A program made the position numbers and the translations under genes. Positions 9,406-18,593 of a stretch of DNA of 54,028 nt are shown here, in pieces (positions within the stretch are counted from its first letter, which is position 1; every line of letters starts with the position of its first letter). The stretch is taken from the IMG/VR virus record IMGVR_UViG_3300021137_000021, positions 1-54,028 of that record, one strand, 5' to 3'. Under the pieces are notes generated by a model, which did no database searches, was not told the origin of the DNA, and saw only the letters and a list, made by a program, of their open reading frames with translations. The stretch comes from a virus. Lineage: Duplodnaviria > Caudoviricetes.

Positions 9406-10370
9406 ACAAATGCCCTTTCTCCAAATACTGAATGTTTAGCCTTATCCACTCCTAGTATAACCTCATCTACCCCCATATCGCCAATATCTTTGGCATCTGT
9501 GGTGTAGTTAAAGAACTTACACTCCAACCCATTTTCTTTTAGCTTTGCTAGCATCTCTTTAGATGCCTTCAATCCAGCTGCGTCTACCTTTGGATTATCA
9601 AAGGCAACGATTAAACTATCAGCAGACCTCATAAGGTTTAACTGATCCTTGCTGAAGGATGCGCCGTAAGTTGCAACCCCTCCTTGTATTCCCAATGACC
9701 ATAGCTTTACGCAATCAAGCGGAGACTCAACTATGATCATAGGGCCGCCCTTATATTGACCAAAGCCAAAAAGAGTTTGAGACTTCTTAACTCCTGTAGG
9801 ACGGTTACGAAACAGCCGGGTCTTCTGACCCTTCTCCTGCCAACCCATAAGCTTTCCTGAATACGGGTCACGTATAGGAAGAACCCAGGCGTCCTGTCTT
9901 GTATCCCAAACTACTCCGTAGGCATCAACGGCCTCCGTAGACAATCCTCGGGCTTCTAAAGCCCATTGTGGAGGAGATGTGTAGACTGCTAAACGGGCTT
10001 CTGACATCTCAAGTACACGGGGAATTGGGACATAAGAGTTCTTAGCCTCCTCAAGCTGCTTTACCAACAGCTCAAAGTTGACCTCAATATTTTGTCGTAG
10101 CCAATCCTTAGCAGCGTCAAAATCAAGACGGCCCCACTGAGTCTCAAACTCATTGATCTCAGCTACAAGCGTAAAGAGGTTGCCCTTATACCCGCAAGAA
10201 AAGCAGTGGTGCACACCGGTCTCTACATTAACAGACCAAGACGGATTAGAGTCTTGACGACCGGTACGCTCCAAGTGCATTGGGCATAGGCCGATAAGCT
10301 CATCGCCTCGCTGGGATACCTCAATACCCATACGAAGCAAAGCTGTTTCTACATCGCCCTCACGATACAT
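9402..10370 (-). CDS. dnaG: DNA primase (zinc finger + TOPRIM)
   Basis: CPMH...HCFSC zinc finger; IIVESPLD; AFDN; KDIGD. Confidence 0.9.
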   Translation of the reverse strand: MYREGDVETALLRMGIEVSQRGDELIGLCPMHLERTGRQDSNPSWSVNVETGVHHCFSCGYKGNLFTLVAEINEFETQWGRLDFDAAKDWLRQNIEVNFELLVKQLEEAKNSYVPIPRVLEMSEARLAVYTSPPQWALEARGLSTEAVDAYGVVWDTRQDAWVLPIRDPYSGKLMGWQEKGQKTRLFRNRPTGVKKSQTLFGFGQYKGGPMIIVESPLDCVKLWSLGIQGGVATYGASFSKDQLNLMRSADSLIVAFDNPKVDAAGLKASKEMLAKLKENGLECKFFNYTTDAKDIGDMGVDEVILGVDKAKHSVFGERAFV

Positions 10371-10376
10371 ACTTAC

Positions 10377-10574
10377 CTACTTACATTCGTTACAATAGTT
10401 AGCGGTCCTTACATTGCCATACGCTGTTCTATACATACGGCCACAATGAGAGCAAAGTACGTCTACTCCAGCTTTTTTGTTTTCCTTACGGGCATAAGGT
10501 GAGCCTTGAGTTAACCAAATCCACATTATAAACATGCCCGAAAAGAAACCTAGGTATCCTACAAACATAACCAT
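10377..10574 (-). CDS. Small membrane-anchored zinc-ribbon protein
   Basis: N-terminal hydrophobic helix followed by CSHC...CNEC. Confidence 0.6.
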   Translation of the reverse strand: MVMFVGYLGFFSGMFIMWIWLTQGSPYARKENKKAGVDVLCSHCGRMYRTAYGNVRTANYCNECK

Positions 10575-10882
10575 TAGTCATCCAATCCGATATTTACTCC
10601 AGGCATTGGGGCGGTAGCTAATGTGCCACACTCAATGCATTCCATAGCTTCAAAGTACGCTGCGACGTATCCTTCCTCATCCCAGCTAACCTTTAAGTTC
10701 CATACATAACATCCACAGGGACAGACCATTGTTGGAAAGTCCCCACGAATATCCATAGCCTGCGTGTAGTCAGGCTTTACATCAATGATGTTTTTAATTT
10801 CTTTAACCTCTTCCGGTCCCTCGGAGTTGTTCCTCCCCATATACCGTCTAAGTTTGAGGATTGCATTGCGTAGTCTAAACAT
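10574..10882 (-). CDS. Small Cys-containing hypothetical protein (true start probably later, e.g. ATG at 10756)
   Basis: CPCGC...CIECG; the 5' part of the called ORF overlaps whiB. Confidence 0.6.
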   Translation of the reverse strand: MFRLRNAILKLRRYMGRNNSEGPEEVKEIKNIIDVKPDYTQAMDIRGDFPTMVCPCGCYVWNLKVSWDEEGYVAAYFEAMECIECGTLATAPMPGVNIGLDD

Positions 10883-11052
10883 TTTTCCCTAATCCAACAA
10901 TCGTTACAAATTGCTTTGGCCTTGTTGACCGCTTCTAGATCTGTATAGAATTCTGGAAAGAATAGATTTGGATCTTCCTCTACGCAGAGTTGTGTGCCGT
11001 TAAAGATACTAGATTTGCTGCCCAAAACTTCCGTACTCCTCAAATCGTCCAC
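10777..11052 (-). CDS. whiB: Second WhiB-family transcription factor
   Basis: LC...DPNLFFP...AKAICNDCWIREKCL...GIWGGTTPRDR. Confidence 0.92.
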   Translation of the reverse strand: MDDLRSTEVLGSKSSIFNGTQLCVEEDPNLFFPEFYTDLEAVNKAKAICNDCWIREKCLDYAMQSSNLDGIWGGTTPRDRKRLKKLKTSLM

Positions 11053-12244
11053 CCTCCCAATCCCAAAGTAGGTCGCTGCTTGCTGGGCCAGAGTTACGGC
11101 TAGCTACAATACGAAGTTCACGGGATGAGTCATCATCTTCATCTTGCTTCTGTAGACCCAAAATAACATCTGAGTCCTGGAAGAATGAGGATGAGTAACC
11201 AATAGAGTCGGCACTGACTTGGCGCTTCTTCATCTTCCAAAGAAGTACCTGAGTAGATACAACCAACGGAATCTCATAGCGCTGCGCTAGACGCTTTAAG
11301 TCACGAGTAATGGATGTCAAAGCCTGTGGAGTACCAGCCTCACCAGACCTCTCATCAATCATAAGATAGACACCATCTACAAAAACAATCTCCGGCCTGA
11401 TCTTCTCAATCTTTGCCTGAAGACCTGAGACTGTCATAGCAGAAGCAGAATCTGTTAGATAGAACTTTTGCATGTTTTCCATGCGCTTCAAAGATTCTTT
11501 ATAACGCTTCTCTTCATCAAGGTTAAGCTTTCCACGTGTGAGACGTGAGTGTGCAATGTTGGCACGCATAGCATCATGACGATGTTGCTGCTCAACGTTA
11601 GTCATTTCAAATGACTGGAACATAGGAACATGCCCACGCTCATGAACGTTTACAGCAATCTGCATAGCAAGAACAGACTTACCTGTCTTAGGTGGGGCAA
11701 TGATCGTGATCAACTGACCGGCCTGTAGCCCAGCAGTCGCCTCATCAATAGTGCGGAAGCCTGTTGGGTATCCAAGTAGACCACCATCACGTGTCTTAAC
11801 ATCAAGGTACTCTTGATAACGCTGTTCAGGATTATCAGTCAGATCAAGATCAGAGCTTTGAGAGACGCCCTCTTCGTATAGCTGAGCAACACCCTTAGAC
11901 ATCTCAACGATAGCAGCGCTGTGATCGCCTGCAGCAATATAATCTGCAGCGTTCTGAACAATCTCAATAGCATGCTGACGCTTGCGGTAATCAATAAGCT
12001 GGTCTACTAGGTACTCTAATGAGTCCTCAACAGCAAGTAGGCGGTAAGTAGGAAAGTTATCCTTTACCGTTACTGCAGTAGGAACCTCTTCGTACTTAGT
12101 CCAGTGCTGACGGATAAACTTCCACACAGCCTTGTTCTCTGCAACAAAGAACCAATCATCTTCAATACCAGCTTCCATAGCCGGTACGATCTCCCTAGAG
12201 TAAACTACTTTAGAGATCAGCCTCTCTTCATTATCTGCCGCCAT
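11009..12244 (-). CDS. dnaB: Replicative DnaB-like helicase (start MAADNEE at 12244)
   Basis: GYPTGF, Walker A APPKTGKS, SFEM, VFVDGVYLM, LKRLAQ, FQDSD. Confidence 0.92.
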   Translation of the reverse strand: MAADNEERLISKVVYSREIVPAMEAGIEDDWFFVAENKAVWKFIRQHWTKYEEVPTAVTVKDNFPTYRLLAVEDSLEYLVDQLIDYRKRQHAIEIVQNAADYIAAGDHSAAIVEMSKGVAQLYEEGVSQSSDLDLTDNPEQRYQEYLDVKTRDGGLLGYPTGFRTIDEATAGLQAGQLITIIAPPKTGKSVLAMQIAVNVHERGHVPMFQSFEMTNVEQQHRHDAMRANIAHSRLTRGKLNLDEEKRYKESLKRMENMQKFYLTDSASAMTVSGLQAKIEKIRPEIVFVDGVYLMIDERSGEAGTPQALTSITRDLKRLAQRYEIPLVVSTQVLLWKMKKRQVSADSIGYSSSFFQDSDVILGLQKQDEDDDSSRELRIVASRNSGPASSDLLWDWEGGRFEEYGSFGQQI

Positions 12245-12647
12245 TGTCTTGCCCCAAATCCATATACCAATGCCCATAACGCAAACCACGTTCGGGTATA
12301 TCAATTACATGCTTAACCTCTGGCCTATAAGGTAGTTCTGCCACGAGGTCTGCCACAACGTAATACGCTGTCGCATAGTTAAATGGATTAGTCCCTAGAT
12401 TATCTAGGTCCTCAAGTACCTCATCCATCTCTTGCTGTGTGTAATCAAAACCTACAAGCTCTAACGAGTACTCATAGGTATCCCTAAATCTCCAAAAGGT
12501 TGCTAGCGCTAACCGATTGTAGGAAACTTCTTCTTCGGGTATCGTAATCCCGAATACTTTTTTAAGAGACGGGCGACGATCTATAATGCAGTCAAGAGTT
12601 ACGATAACTCTTTTGGGAACTTCATTTGAAATATCGCCCCCACGCAT
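12231..12647 (-). CDS. Hypothetical replication-module protein
   Basis: 138-aa ORF coupled to dnaB; function not recognised. Confidence 0.7.
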   Translation of the reverse strand: MRGGDISNEVPKRVIVTLDCIIDRRPSLKKVFGITIPEEEVSYNRLALATFWRFRDTYEYSLELVGFDYTQQEMDEVLEDLDNLGTNPFNYATAYYVVADLVAELPYRPEVKHVIDIPERGLRYGHWYMDLGQDNGGR

Positions 12648-12649
12648 AG

Positions 12650-12946
12650 TTAAAGTACTTCTACTCTGCCATACTTACAAAGAAACTTTCTGAACTCTGA
12701 TGGATCTGTTCTAGCTACTTCACTCTCTTCGGGTGTTGCAGCTTTAGAAACTTCTACTGGATACACCCCATCGTTATCCATCATGCGACTCTGTACAAAC
12801 TTTGTGTGTTTGCACATAGACCTAGAAGAATAACCGAGACAGTTGCAACGCAACCTTGCGCTCTGTAGATTGATCTCTACCTCGTGTACTCCAGTATCAG
12901 ATAGGAAGATCTGGGTTGCTTGCCATTCGCTCAATGTCTTATCCAT
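12650..12946 (-). CDS. SWIM zinc-finger protein
   Basis: RCNC-x8-CKH motif. Confidence 0.72.
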   Translation of the reverse strand: MDKTLSEWQATQIFLSDTGVHEVEINLQSARLRCNCLGYSSRSMCKHTKFVQSRMMDNDGVYPVEVSKAATPEESEVARTDPSEFRKFLCKYGRVEVL

Positions 12947-13601
12947 TCTTTCTGCGATCCCCTCCAGGTGCTTTAACTAAGACCAATCCAAAAGCTTCGT
13001 TGATGAAGCTCTCCATCGGATCACCGTATTTGTTCCACTCTTCTATCGCAGTGTTTGATGTAACTAGCGTAGGTAGTCCTCGGTTGAACCTTGCACGAAG
13101 CAACTCGTCCAGAACATTTTCAGCCCACTGGCTCTGTGTTCGGTACTCCTTGCCCACATCATCCAATACAAGTACATCCAAATTCAGTGTACCCGCATTG
13201 CCATAGATCCTGTCAAGTTTGAGTTGGTTCTCCATCTTGTCATCGTCATCTGACCAGCTAGCCTTCTTGAGCCTTAGGAAGCTTGGGTAGTCTATAAACT
13301 CCCCCACCGGTTTTCTTAGATCTCCCGGCATAGTCTTAATTAGCTCTTGAAGGGCTACAGAGGCCAATGTGGTCTTGCCATGACCTGGAGACCCTATGTA
13401 TAGGAGTCCGAGGCCTGAGAGGCGGCTTCCAGGGCTTCTAATGACCCCTCCAGCTTGGACTGTACTGACCCACTCCATAGTTGCCTTTTTAGCCGGGGTA
13501 TCCTCAAGGTCTGAGAACTCCATCCCCATTGACTTGAATGGTACTCCTGAGTTCATGATCTGTTTACGGATACTCGGACCTAACGTATCAAGCTTGATCA
13601 T
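12939..13601 (-). CDS. DnaC/IstB-like helicase loader ATPase
   Basis: GSPGHGKTT, VLVLDDVGKE, RARFNRGLPTLVTSN, GGDRR. Confidence 0.88.
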   Translation of the reverse strand: MIKLDTLGPSIRKQIMNSGVPFKSMGMEFSDLEDTPAKKATMEWVSTVQAGGVIRSPGSRLSGLGLLYIGSPGHGKTTLASVALQELIKTMPGDLRKPVGEFIDYPSFLRLKKASWSDDDDKMENQLKLDRIYGNAGTLNLDVLVLDDVGKEYRTQSQWAENVLDELLRARFNRGLPTLVTSNTAIEEWNKYGDPMESFINEAFGLVLVKAPGGDRRKNG

Positions 13602-14531
13602 TTACTCTCCTCCAAGTAGCCTTAGTAACTTCTCCTGTTGTGCAAGTGCTTCTGGTGTTTCATAATCCACCGACTTCTTTGCAACGATTCCGTGAACCGA
13701 TGGGTAGAACGCAAAGAAGCGTTGGTAGAGCGGCTTACCGATTCCAGCATCTCGGATGAGACGGCTATCGTTAAAGAACATTCTGATAGCTTTTAGAATC
13801 TGTACACGCTGTACGCCTTCGCCTACCTGCTTGTTAATCCAGCCTGCAAGACGTACGTTGTTAACTTGGCTCGGTACATTGGGAACCTTCTCGTGACAGA
13901 GCTGGTAGAACTCTGCAACCAAATCGCCTGTACTCCAGAGTTCCTCTGGTGAATCGTGGCGGTTACGTCCAGCCTTCTCAGTCTTAGTAAGCTTGTACTT
14001 GGCGTTTAGGCGAGTCTGACGGTCATCAACCTGACCTACTGCTCCTGGGGCTGCCTCAATTTCTTCTGCTGCTCTAACACGAGCGGGCTTTACCTGAGGT
14101 TCTTCCCCATCAAGATTCCAAGGCATCTTCTCTCCCTCCCGAGCTTGCTCGGGTATAGATAATAATCCGTTAGGATTATTATCTATATTAGTACTAGTAG
14201 TGTTATCACTAATAGATATATAGTTATCAATATATAGATGCCCTGACTTTCCCTGACCTGAAAACCCGTTGTCGGTAGGAATAAGCTTTAAGGCCTCTTC
14301 TGTAAATTTAAGCTGGGATACCCACTGGCCGTTGTTCTGCATACGGACAGAGCGGATGTATTTTGCTTCCTTCAACTCGTTAATGGCAGTCTGAAGAGCG
14401 TCACGGCCCTCCATGACTTCATTGGATGCTTTTAGCTCATCTGCGGAGATCACACGACCCTTTGCCTCAAAAACGGTAAAGAGTGCACGAGCTCTCAAAG
14501 AAAGCTTTGAATTTAAACTTGGATGAATCAT
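13602..14531 (-). CDS. Replication initiator protein (N-terminal winged HTH)
   Basis: LSLRARALF...EGRDALQTAINELKEAKYI; low-complexity AT-rich linker; directly upstream of the DnaC-like gene. Confidence 0.7.
   Translation of the reverse strand: MIHPSLNSKLSLRARALFTVFEAKGRVISADELKASNEVMEGRDALQTAINELKEAKYIRSVRMQNNGQWVSQLKFTEEALKLIPTDNGFSGQGKSGHLYIDNYISISDNTTSTNIDNNPNGLLSIPEQAREGEKMPWNLDGEEPQVKPARVRAAEEIEAAPGAVGQVDDRQTRLNAKYKLTKTEKAGRNRHDSPEELWSTGDLVAEFYQLCHEKVPNVPSQVNNVRLAGWINKQVGEGVQRVQILKAIRMFFNDSRLIRDAGIGKPLYQRFFAFYPSVHGIVAKKSVDYETPEALAQQEKLLRLLGGE
14138..14240. repeat. AT-rich inverted-repeat cluster, candidate replication origin
   Basis: Perfect 15-bp IR TATAGATAATAATCC-gtta-GGATTATTATCTATA (14154-14187), adjacent 7-bp IR CCCGAGC-tt-GCTCGGG and further short palindromes. 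Confidence 0.55.
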
Positions 14532-14551
14532 ATTACCCTCCTGCTTTTAGT

Positions 14552-14827
14552 TTAGCGCCTAGGGATACGGTTTGGCAAACCACGGGCAGTTCTTGGGTTT
14601 ACCCCGGTGAAAAGCTGCTCAACTAGGTATGACAAAGTTAGCCCCACAAAAGTGGCAGCCAATGTGTAAACAGTTAGATACTTAAGTCGGGTATCCAGGT
14701 TTAGACAGAATAGAGTAGAAAGTACAAGGGATGCAAGTCCCCTCCACTTTCCTAGATTAAAGATTAGACCTTCTACCGCCGTTAAAATACAAGCGGTAGC
14801 AAGTCCGGCAATTAATATTGTGGTCAT
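14552..14827 (-). CDS. Small membrane protein (possible holin)
   Basis: About three hydrophobic segments and a basic C-terminus; TAAACT 6 nt before ATG suggests a leaderless start. Confidence 0.55.
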   Translation of the reverse strand: MTTILIAGLATACILTAVEGLIFNLGKWRGLASLVLSTLFCLNLDTRLKYLTVYTLAATFVGLTLSYLVEQLFTGVNPRTARGLPNRIPRR

Positions 14828-14836
14828 GCCATCAGT

Positions 14837-17800
14837 TTACTGGCGGAAAACACACCTGTCAACTCCGAAGCTTTGACCGATGCTTGGAGTAGTCGGTGCA
14901 CAGGTTACTGTGTACACAGCGTAAGATGCATTAAGTGTTGTGGCAGATGAGAATGTGTTGCCAAGATATGCCCAACGATTAGTCTGTGTAACCGATGCGC
15001 TAACAGTTCTTGTTCCTGTTGTTGCAGGGATTAAGTTGTTGTTAGCGTCATAGAAGTTAACAGTCAATGTGTATGTTCCAACCGATGCTGCTGTAGGAAG
15101 GATCGCTACAGACGCATAGTAACCTTGACCTGGAACTACAGGCACATTAGCTGATGTGATTCCGTATGTTCCTGAAGCAGTAGAAGTAACCGCACAATAT
15201 GCTGACCCGTGACTTACGTTATCACCGAACAACGCTCCACGAGAAACTTTACGGGCAAGTGTTGCAGATGTTCCCGACCATGTTCCTAAGTTAACTTCAA
15301 AGGATGCTGCTGGCAACAATGAGGTTGTTAGCTCTGGAATAGGGTCTGTTGGGTAACCAAGCTTAATAGCCCATGTACTTCCTTGAGGCATATAGGTTCC
15401 CAAAGTATTTGTAAGACGAGACTGCTTTACAAATAGGTTATTAAACCAGCTGCTCTTACCACCATAGATAGAGGGGACTTGTCCTACCCACATATTGGTC
15501 GCATTGTTTCCTGGATTAGGCATTGAAGTTACAACATAGTTAGAGTTGTTTGCATCTAAGAACCCACTAGGAGTATTTCCATACTCTGCTTGAATACCGT
15601 CAATGTTAAAGAACTGAGTTGTGGCAATTGTATAACCAGGACCCCCAGTTGGGTAGAGCTGTGGAGGAAGCGCAATAGAGATCGTAACTGTAAAGGATGT
15701 TTCACCAGGTTGCAGTTGACGCAAGTTCCAGATACGAATCCACTGATACTGATCGTGTTGGTAAACTTCCATATTATTACTTGTAGTTAATCCATTACCG
15801 GAAGTACCAATAGTATATGTTCCTTCAGCTGCACGAACATCTGCAGATACTACAAAATCCTCACCACCAACAGCCGGAGCTGAAAGGTATACGGTGGTGC
15901 TTATGGACGCCCCGTTAATCTGTGCTTGACCAAATGTTGTGGCTGTACCTGTAGCAGTACTTGCAATAGTAAATGAGTAGACAGATCCAGAGGTAACTGT
16001 AGCAACAGAAGTAATTGTTGCTCCGGTCCAACCAGTAGGAGTAGTTGTATTAAAGGTAGGAGTAGATCCAACCATGTTGCCCCAAATAGCAACTGACTGA
16101 CCTACAGCAAATACTTGCAAGGTTCCAGAATAACGGTAGGTTACAGCTGATCCAGTAGAGCTAATTGCCGTAATAGTTACGGCAGGATATGAGACCTTAC
16201 CCATATATGTTCCATAGGCTGGGCCATATGTTGTAGGAACAATTCCTGTTGGAGGGTTTTGATAAGTTCCATCAGGATTAGTAAGACGAATAGCTGCTGG
16301 TTCTGGACCAGCATCTTGAGTAATAGTTGTTCCTGTAGCCGGTGTCCAAGTAGAAGTTCCCGACTCAAATGATGGGTTTTGAATATAATTAACTAGGTCT
16401 TTATATTCCCAAGTCGTATCTTGGCTGCTAATAAAATAGTTATTAATTGGATCAGCAGGAGCAGGAGCACCAGAACCAGAGAAGTATGTATTGAGAAATG
16501 GAGAGCTTTCAAACATCAAACCATCCATCCAAACAGTAGTTCCATTTCCTGTAAGGTCTGGAAATACAATAGAAACTTTAGCTAGAGGTTGCCCAGAATC
16601 TTTTTGTTGGTCTGGAGCAATAGCTGAAACAGATAGACGAGAAAGAGTAGGAACATACTGGATTGGGTAGCCATTATATGTTCCAGGACCAGTACCTTGA
16701 GAGTACTGTGGTACGGCGGTATCCACAATAGGATTGCCGCTTGTATCTAGTCGGTCAGTAGCTACAAGAGTTGTAGTAGCAGACTGAACGCTATAGATTG
16801 TTGGATCGTAATACTGTCCGTTTGAATCTGAAAGGATCTTTGTCTGAAGGGCATCTGTCTCACGATTTGAATACTCAATCTGAAGATAAGCACGGCCAGC
16901 ATTAGGATACTCAGAGCTTACATATGCACTAAAGGTATAGTTTTGTCCAGGTGTTACTGCAAACCATGTAGAAGATACCCATACCCCAGTACCAGACTGA
17001 ACAGTCAATTCACCCAAAGAATTTCCGTCCCAAAGACCGGAGTTGTATACAGTAGGGTCTTGGGCAAAAGATGCATTAGGAGAGGCAATCCATCCACCTA
17101 CACCATTTTCAAAGCTTGGGTTAGGAAGAAGATTTTCACGCTGTCCCTTTAGATAAAGGCGAATACGACGTGCGTCTTCAAATTCAAGACTGTTTTGATA
17201 CTCAGCAAGCTGACACATATCAATAGCGTAGCCGCATGTCTGTCCTGTATATGAACCTATATAAGAACCACTTATAGCAATTCCTGCATAGGCAGCATTA
17301 GATGGGGATAGTCTTCCATTTCTTCCTGAATCAGATTGACTAGTTGTTTCTAACCAAGAAGTACTATTTGCATAAACATATGTGGTTCCGCTTGTAGTAC
17401 CGTATGAAATAAATTTACCGTTTTGATCATACCAAATAATATTTATTGATACTGCTGATGGAGAAACAAACCCATTTAAACCCCGTACCCAAGCAGAAAA
17501 AAGATATCTAGTATTAGGTTTAATAGGTATTCCATATTTAATTACATCTGTAGGATCAGAATATCCTGTAGGAGAGCTTAAAGCTTTAGGTAAAAATATT
17601 GTGTCAGCGCCACCAGTAAACACGTGATAACCAAACCCTAATGAACGAGGTTTAAATAATGGGTCTGTAATCCAAGGAGTTGGTGGTGTAATACTAAAAC
17701 CAAATTCAGTTACAGCATTAGCATAAAGATGCTGAGTTATGCTAGATGCCCCACCATTTTGTGAAGTCCAACGACCAATACCTTCTTCAAATGAAGAGTC

Positions 17801-18583
17801 GTTATAATCAAGCATAAGGTTAGTTCCAATAACAACTTTGCTTGTGAGGTGAGTTAGGGCACCCGTATAGATTGTAAGGCCTGATGGAGTACCTTTATAC
17901 TTTTGAACTAAAAATCCTGCGGCTGAAAGGGAGCGATGGTATGTGTCGCCTAGAGCAGGCTCATAGTCAAAGCTATAGTCTCCCATCCTAGCCTTTGTAA
18001 TTTGGTTAGGGGTTAAGGAGTGATTAAATACGTTTCCAAGAAGCTGCGTCTCGCTTCTAAACAAGTCGTACTGAAATGATAATGCTGACAACATATTAAC
18101 AAAGTCATTGGTGTCTACTTCACCAGTAGCATCGCCTACACCATTTTGTGGATTAGTCCATGCCCTAGGAATCCAACGACTTACTGTAGTAAGGGTATCT
18201 TTATCTCCAACAATCATTGCATAGTCAGAGCCACAAAAGATCCAGTTACTTCCATTATAAAGCCAGATAGAGTAGGCAGCTTCTACATCAGAAGTACCTA
18301 GATTAATATCCGTATAGGCGGTAGTAAATCCAACGCTATATTTTTGCCCAGCTAGAATAATACCGTCGTAAGGATTATCTACAACACCCTTGTAGCTTTT
18401 TACAAGCATCCAAGCAATAGGCAATGGGTCCGTAGGGGTAGGGGTAATCTGTCCCCAAGTTAACTGAACAGTTCCGTAAGCAGAAGACTGAGCCTTTAAT
18501 TGGGCATTGTAATAGACAGCGTTAGGTGAAGCCTCACCATATTTAAATCCATTGTCATATAAACTTTGGCCATATGTTGCCAT
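14837..18583 (-). CDS. Large baseplate wedge/tail protein with repeated carbohydrate-binding-like domains
   Basis: Wedge-like segment (YKGT..GL) followed by four (N/A)xSFE...W beta-sandwich repeats; follows the baseplate J-like gene. Confidence 0.72.
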   Translation of the reverse strand: MATYGQSLYDNGFKYGEASPNAVYYNAQLKAQSSAYGTVQLTWGQITPTPTDPLPIAWMLVKSYKGVVDNPYDGIILAGQKYSVGFTTAYTDINLGTSDVEAAYSIWLYNGSNWIFCGSDYAMIVGDKDTLTTVSRWIPRAWTNPQNGVGDATGEVDTNDFVNMLSALSFQYDLFRSETQLLGNVFNHSLTPNQITKARMGDYSFDYEPALGDTYHRSLSAAGFLVQKYKGTPSGLTIYTGALTHLTSKVVIGTNLMLDYNDSSFEEGIGRWTSQNGGASSITQHLYANAVTEFGFSITPPTPWITDPLFKPRSLGFGYHVFTGGADTIFLPKALSSPTGYSDPTDVIKYGIPIKPNTRYLFSAWVRGLNGFVSPSAVSINIIWYDQNGKFISYGTTSGTTYVYANSTSWLETTSQSDSGRNGRLSPSNAAYAGIAISGSYIGSYTGQTCGYAIDMCQLAEYQNSLEFEDARRIRLYLKGQRENLLPNPSFENGVGGWIASPNASFAQDPTVYNSGLWDGNSLGELTVQSGTGVWVSSTWFAVTPGQNYTFSAYVSSEYPNAGRAYLQIEYSNRETDALQTKILSDSNGQYYDPTIYSVQSATTTLVATDRLDTSGNPIVDTAVPQYSQGTGPGTYNGYPIQYVPTLSRLSVSAIAPDQQKDSGQPLAKVSIVFPDLTGNGTTVWMDGLMFESSPFLNTYFSGSGAPAPADPINNYFISSQDTTWEYKDLVNYIQNPSFESGTSTWTPATGTTITQDAGPEPAAIRLTNPDGTYQNPPTGIVPTTYGPAYGTYMGKVSYPAVTITAISSTGSAVTYRYSGTLQVFAVGQSVAIWGNMVGSTPTFNTTTPTGWTGATITSVATVTSGSVYSFTIASTATGTATTFGQAQINGASISTTVYLSAPAVGGEDFVVSADVRAAEGTYTIGTSGNGLTTSNNMEVYQHDQYQWIRIWNLRQLQPGETSFTVTISIALPPQLYPTGGPGYTIATTQFFNIDGIQAEYGNTPSGFLDANNSNYVVTSMPNPGNNATNMWVGQVPSIYGGKSSWFNNLFVKQSRLTNTLGTYMPQGSTWAIKLGYPTDPIPELTTSLLPAASFEVNLGTWSGTSATLARKVSRGALFGDNVSHGSAYCAVTSTASGTYGITSANVPVVPGQGYYASVAILPTAASVGTYTLTVNFYDANNNLIPATTGTRTVSASVTQTNRWAYLGNTFSSATTLNASYAVYTVTCAPTTPSIGQSFGVDRCVFRQ

Positions 18584-18593
18584 TTATTATCCC

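Noticed and set aside
1058-12244. Inteins or introns in RecA, PolA, SNF2 or DnaB
   Set aside because: Lengths are normal, motifs are contiguous and no intein splice motifs are seen.
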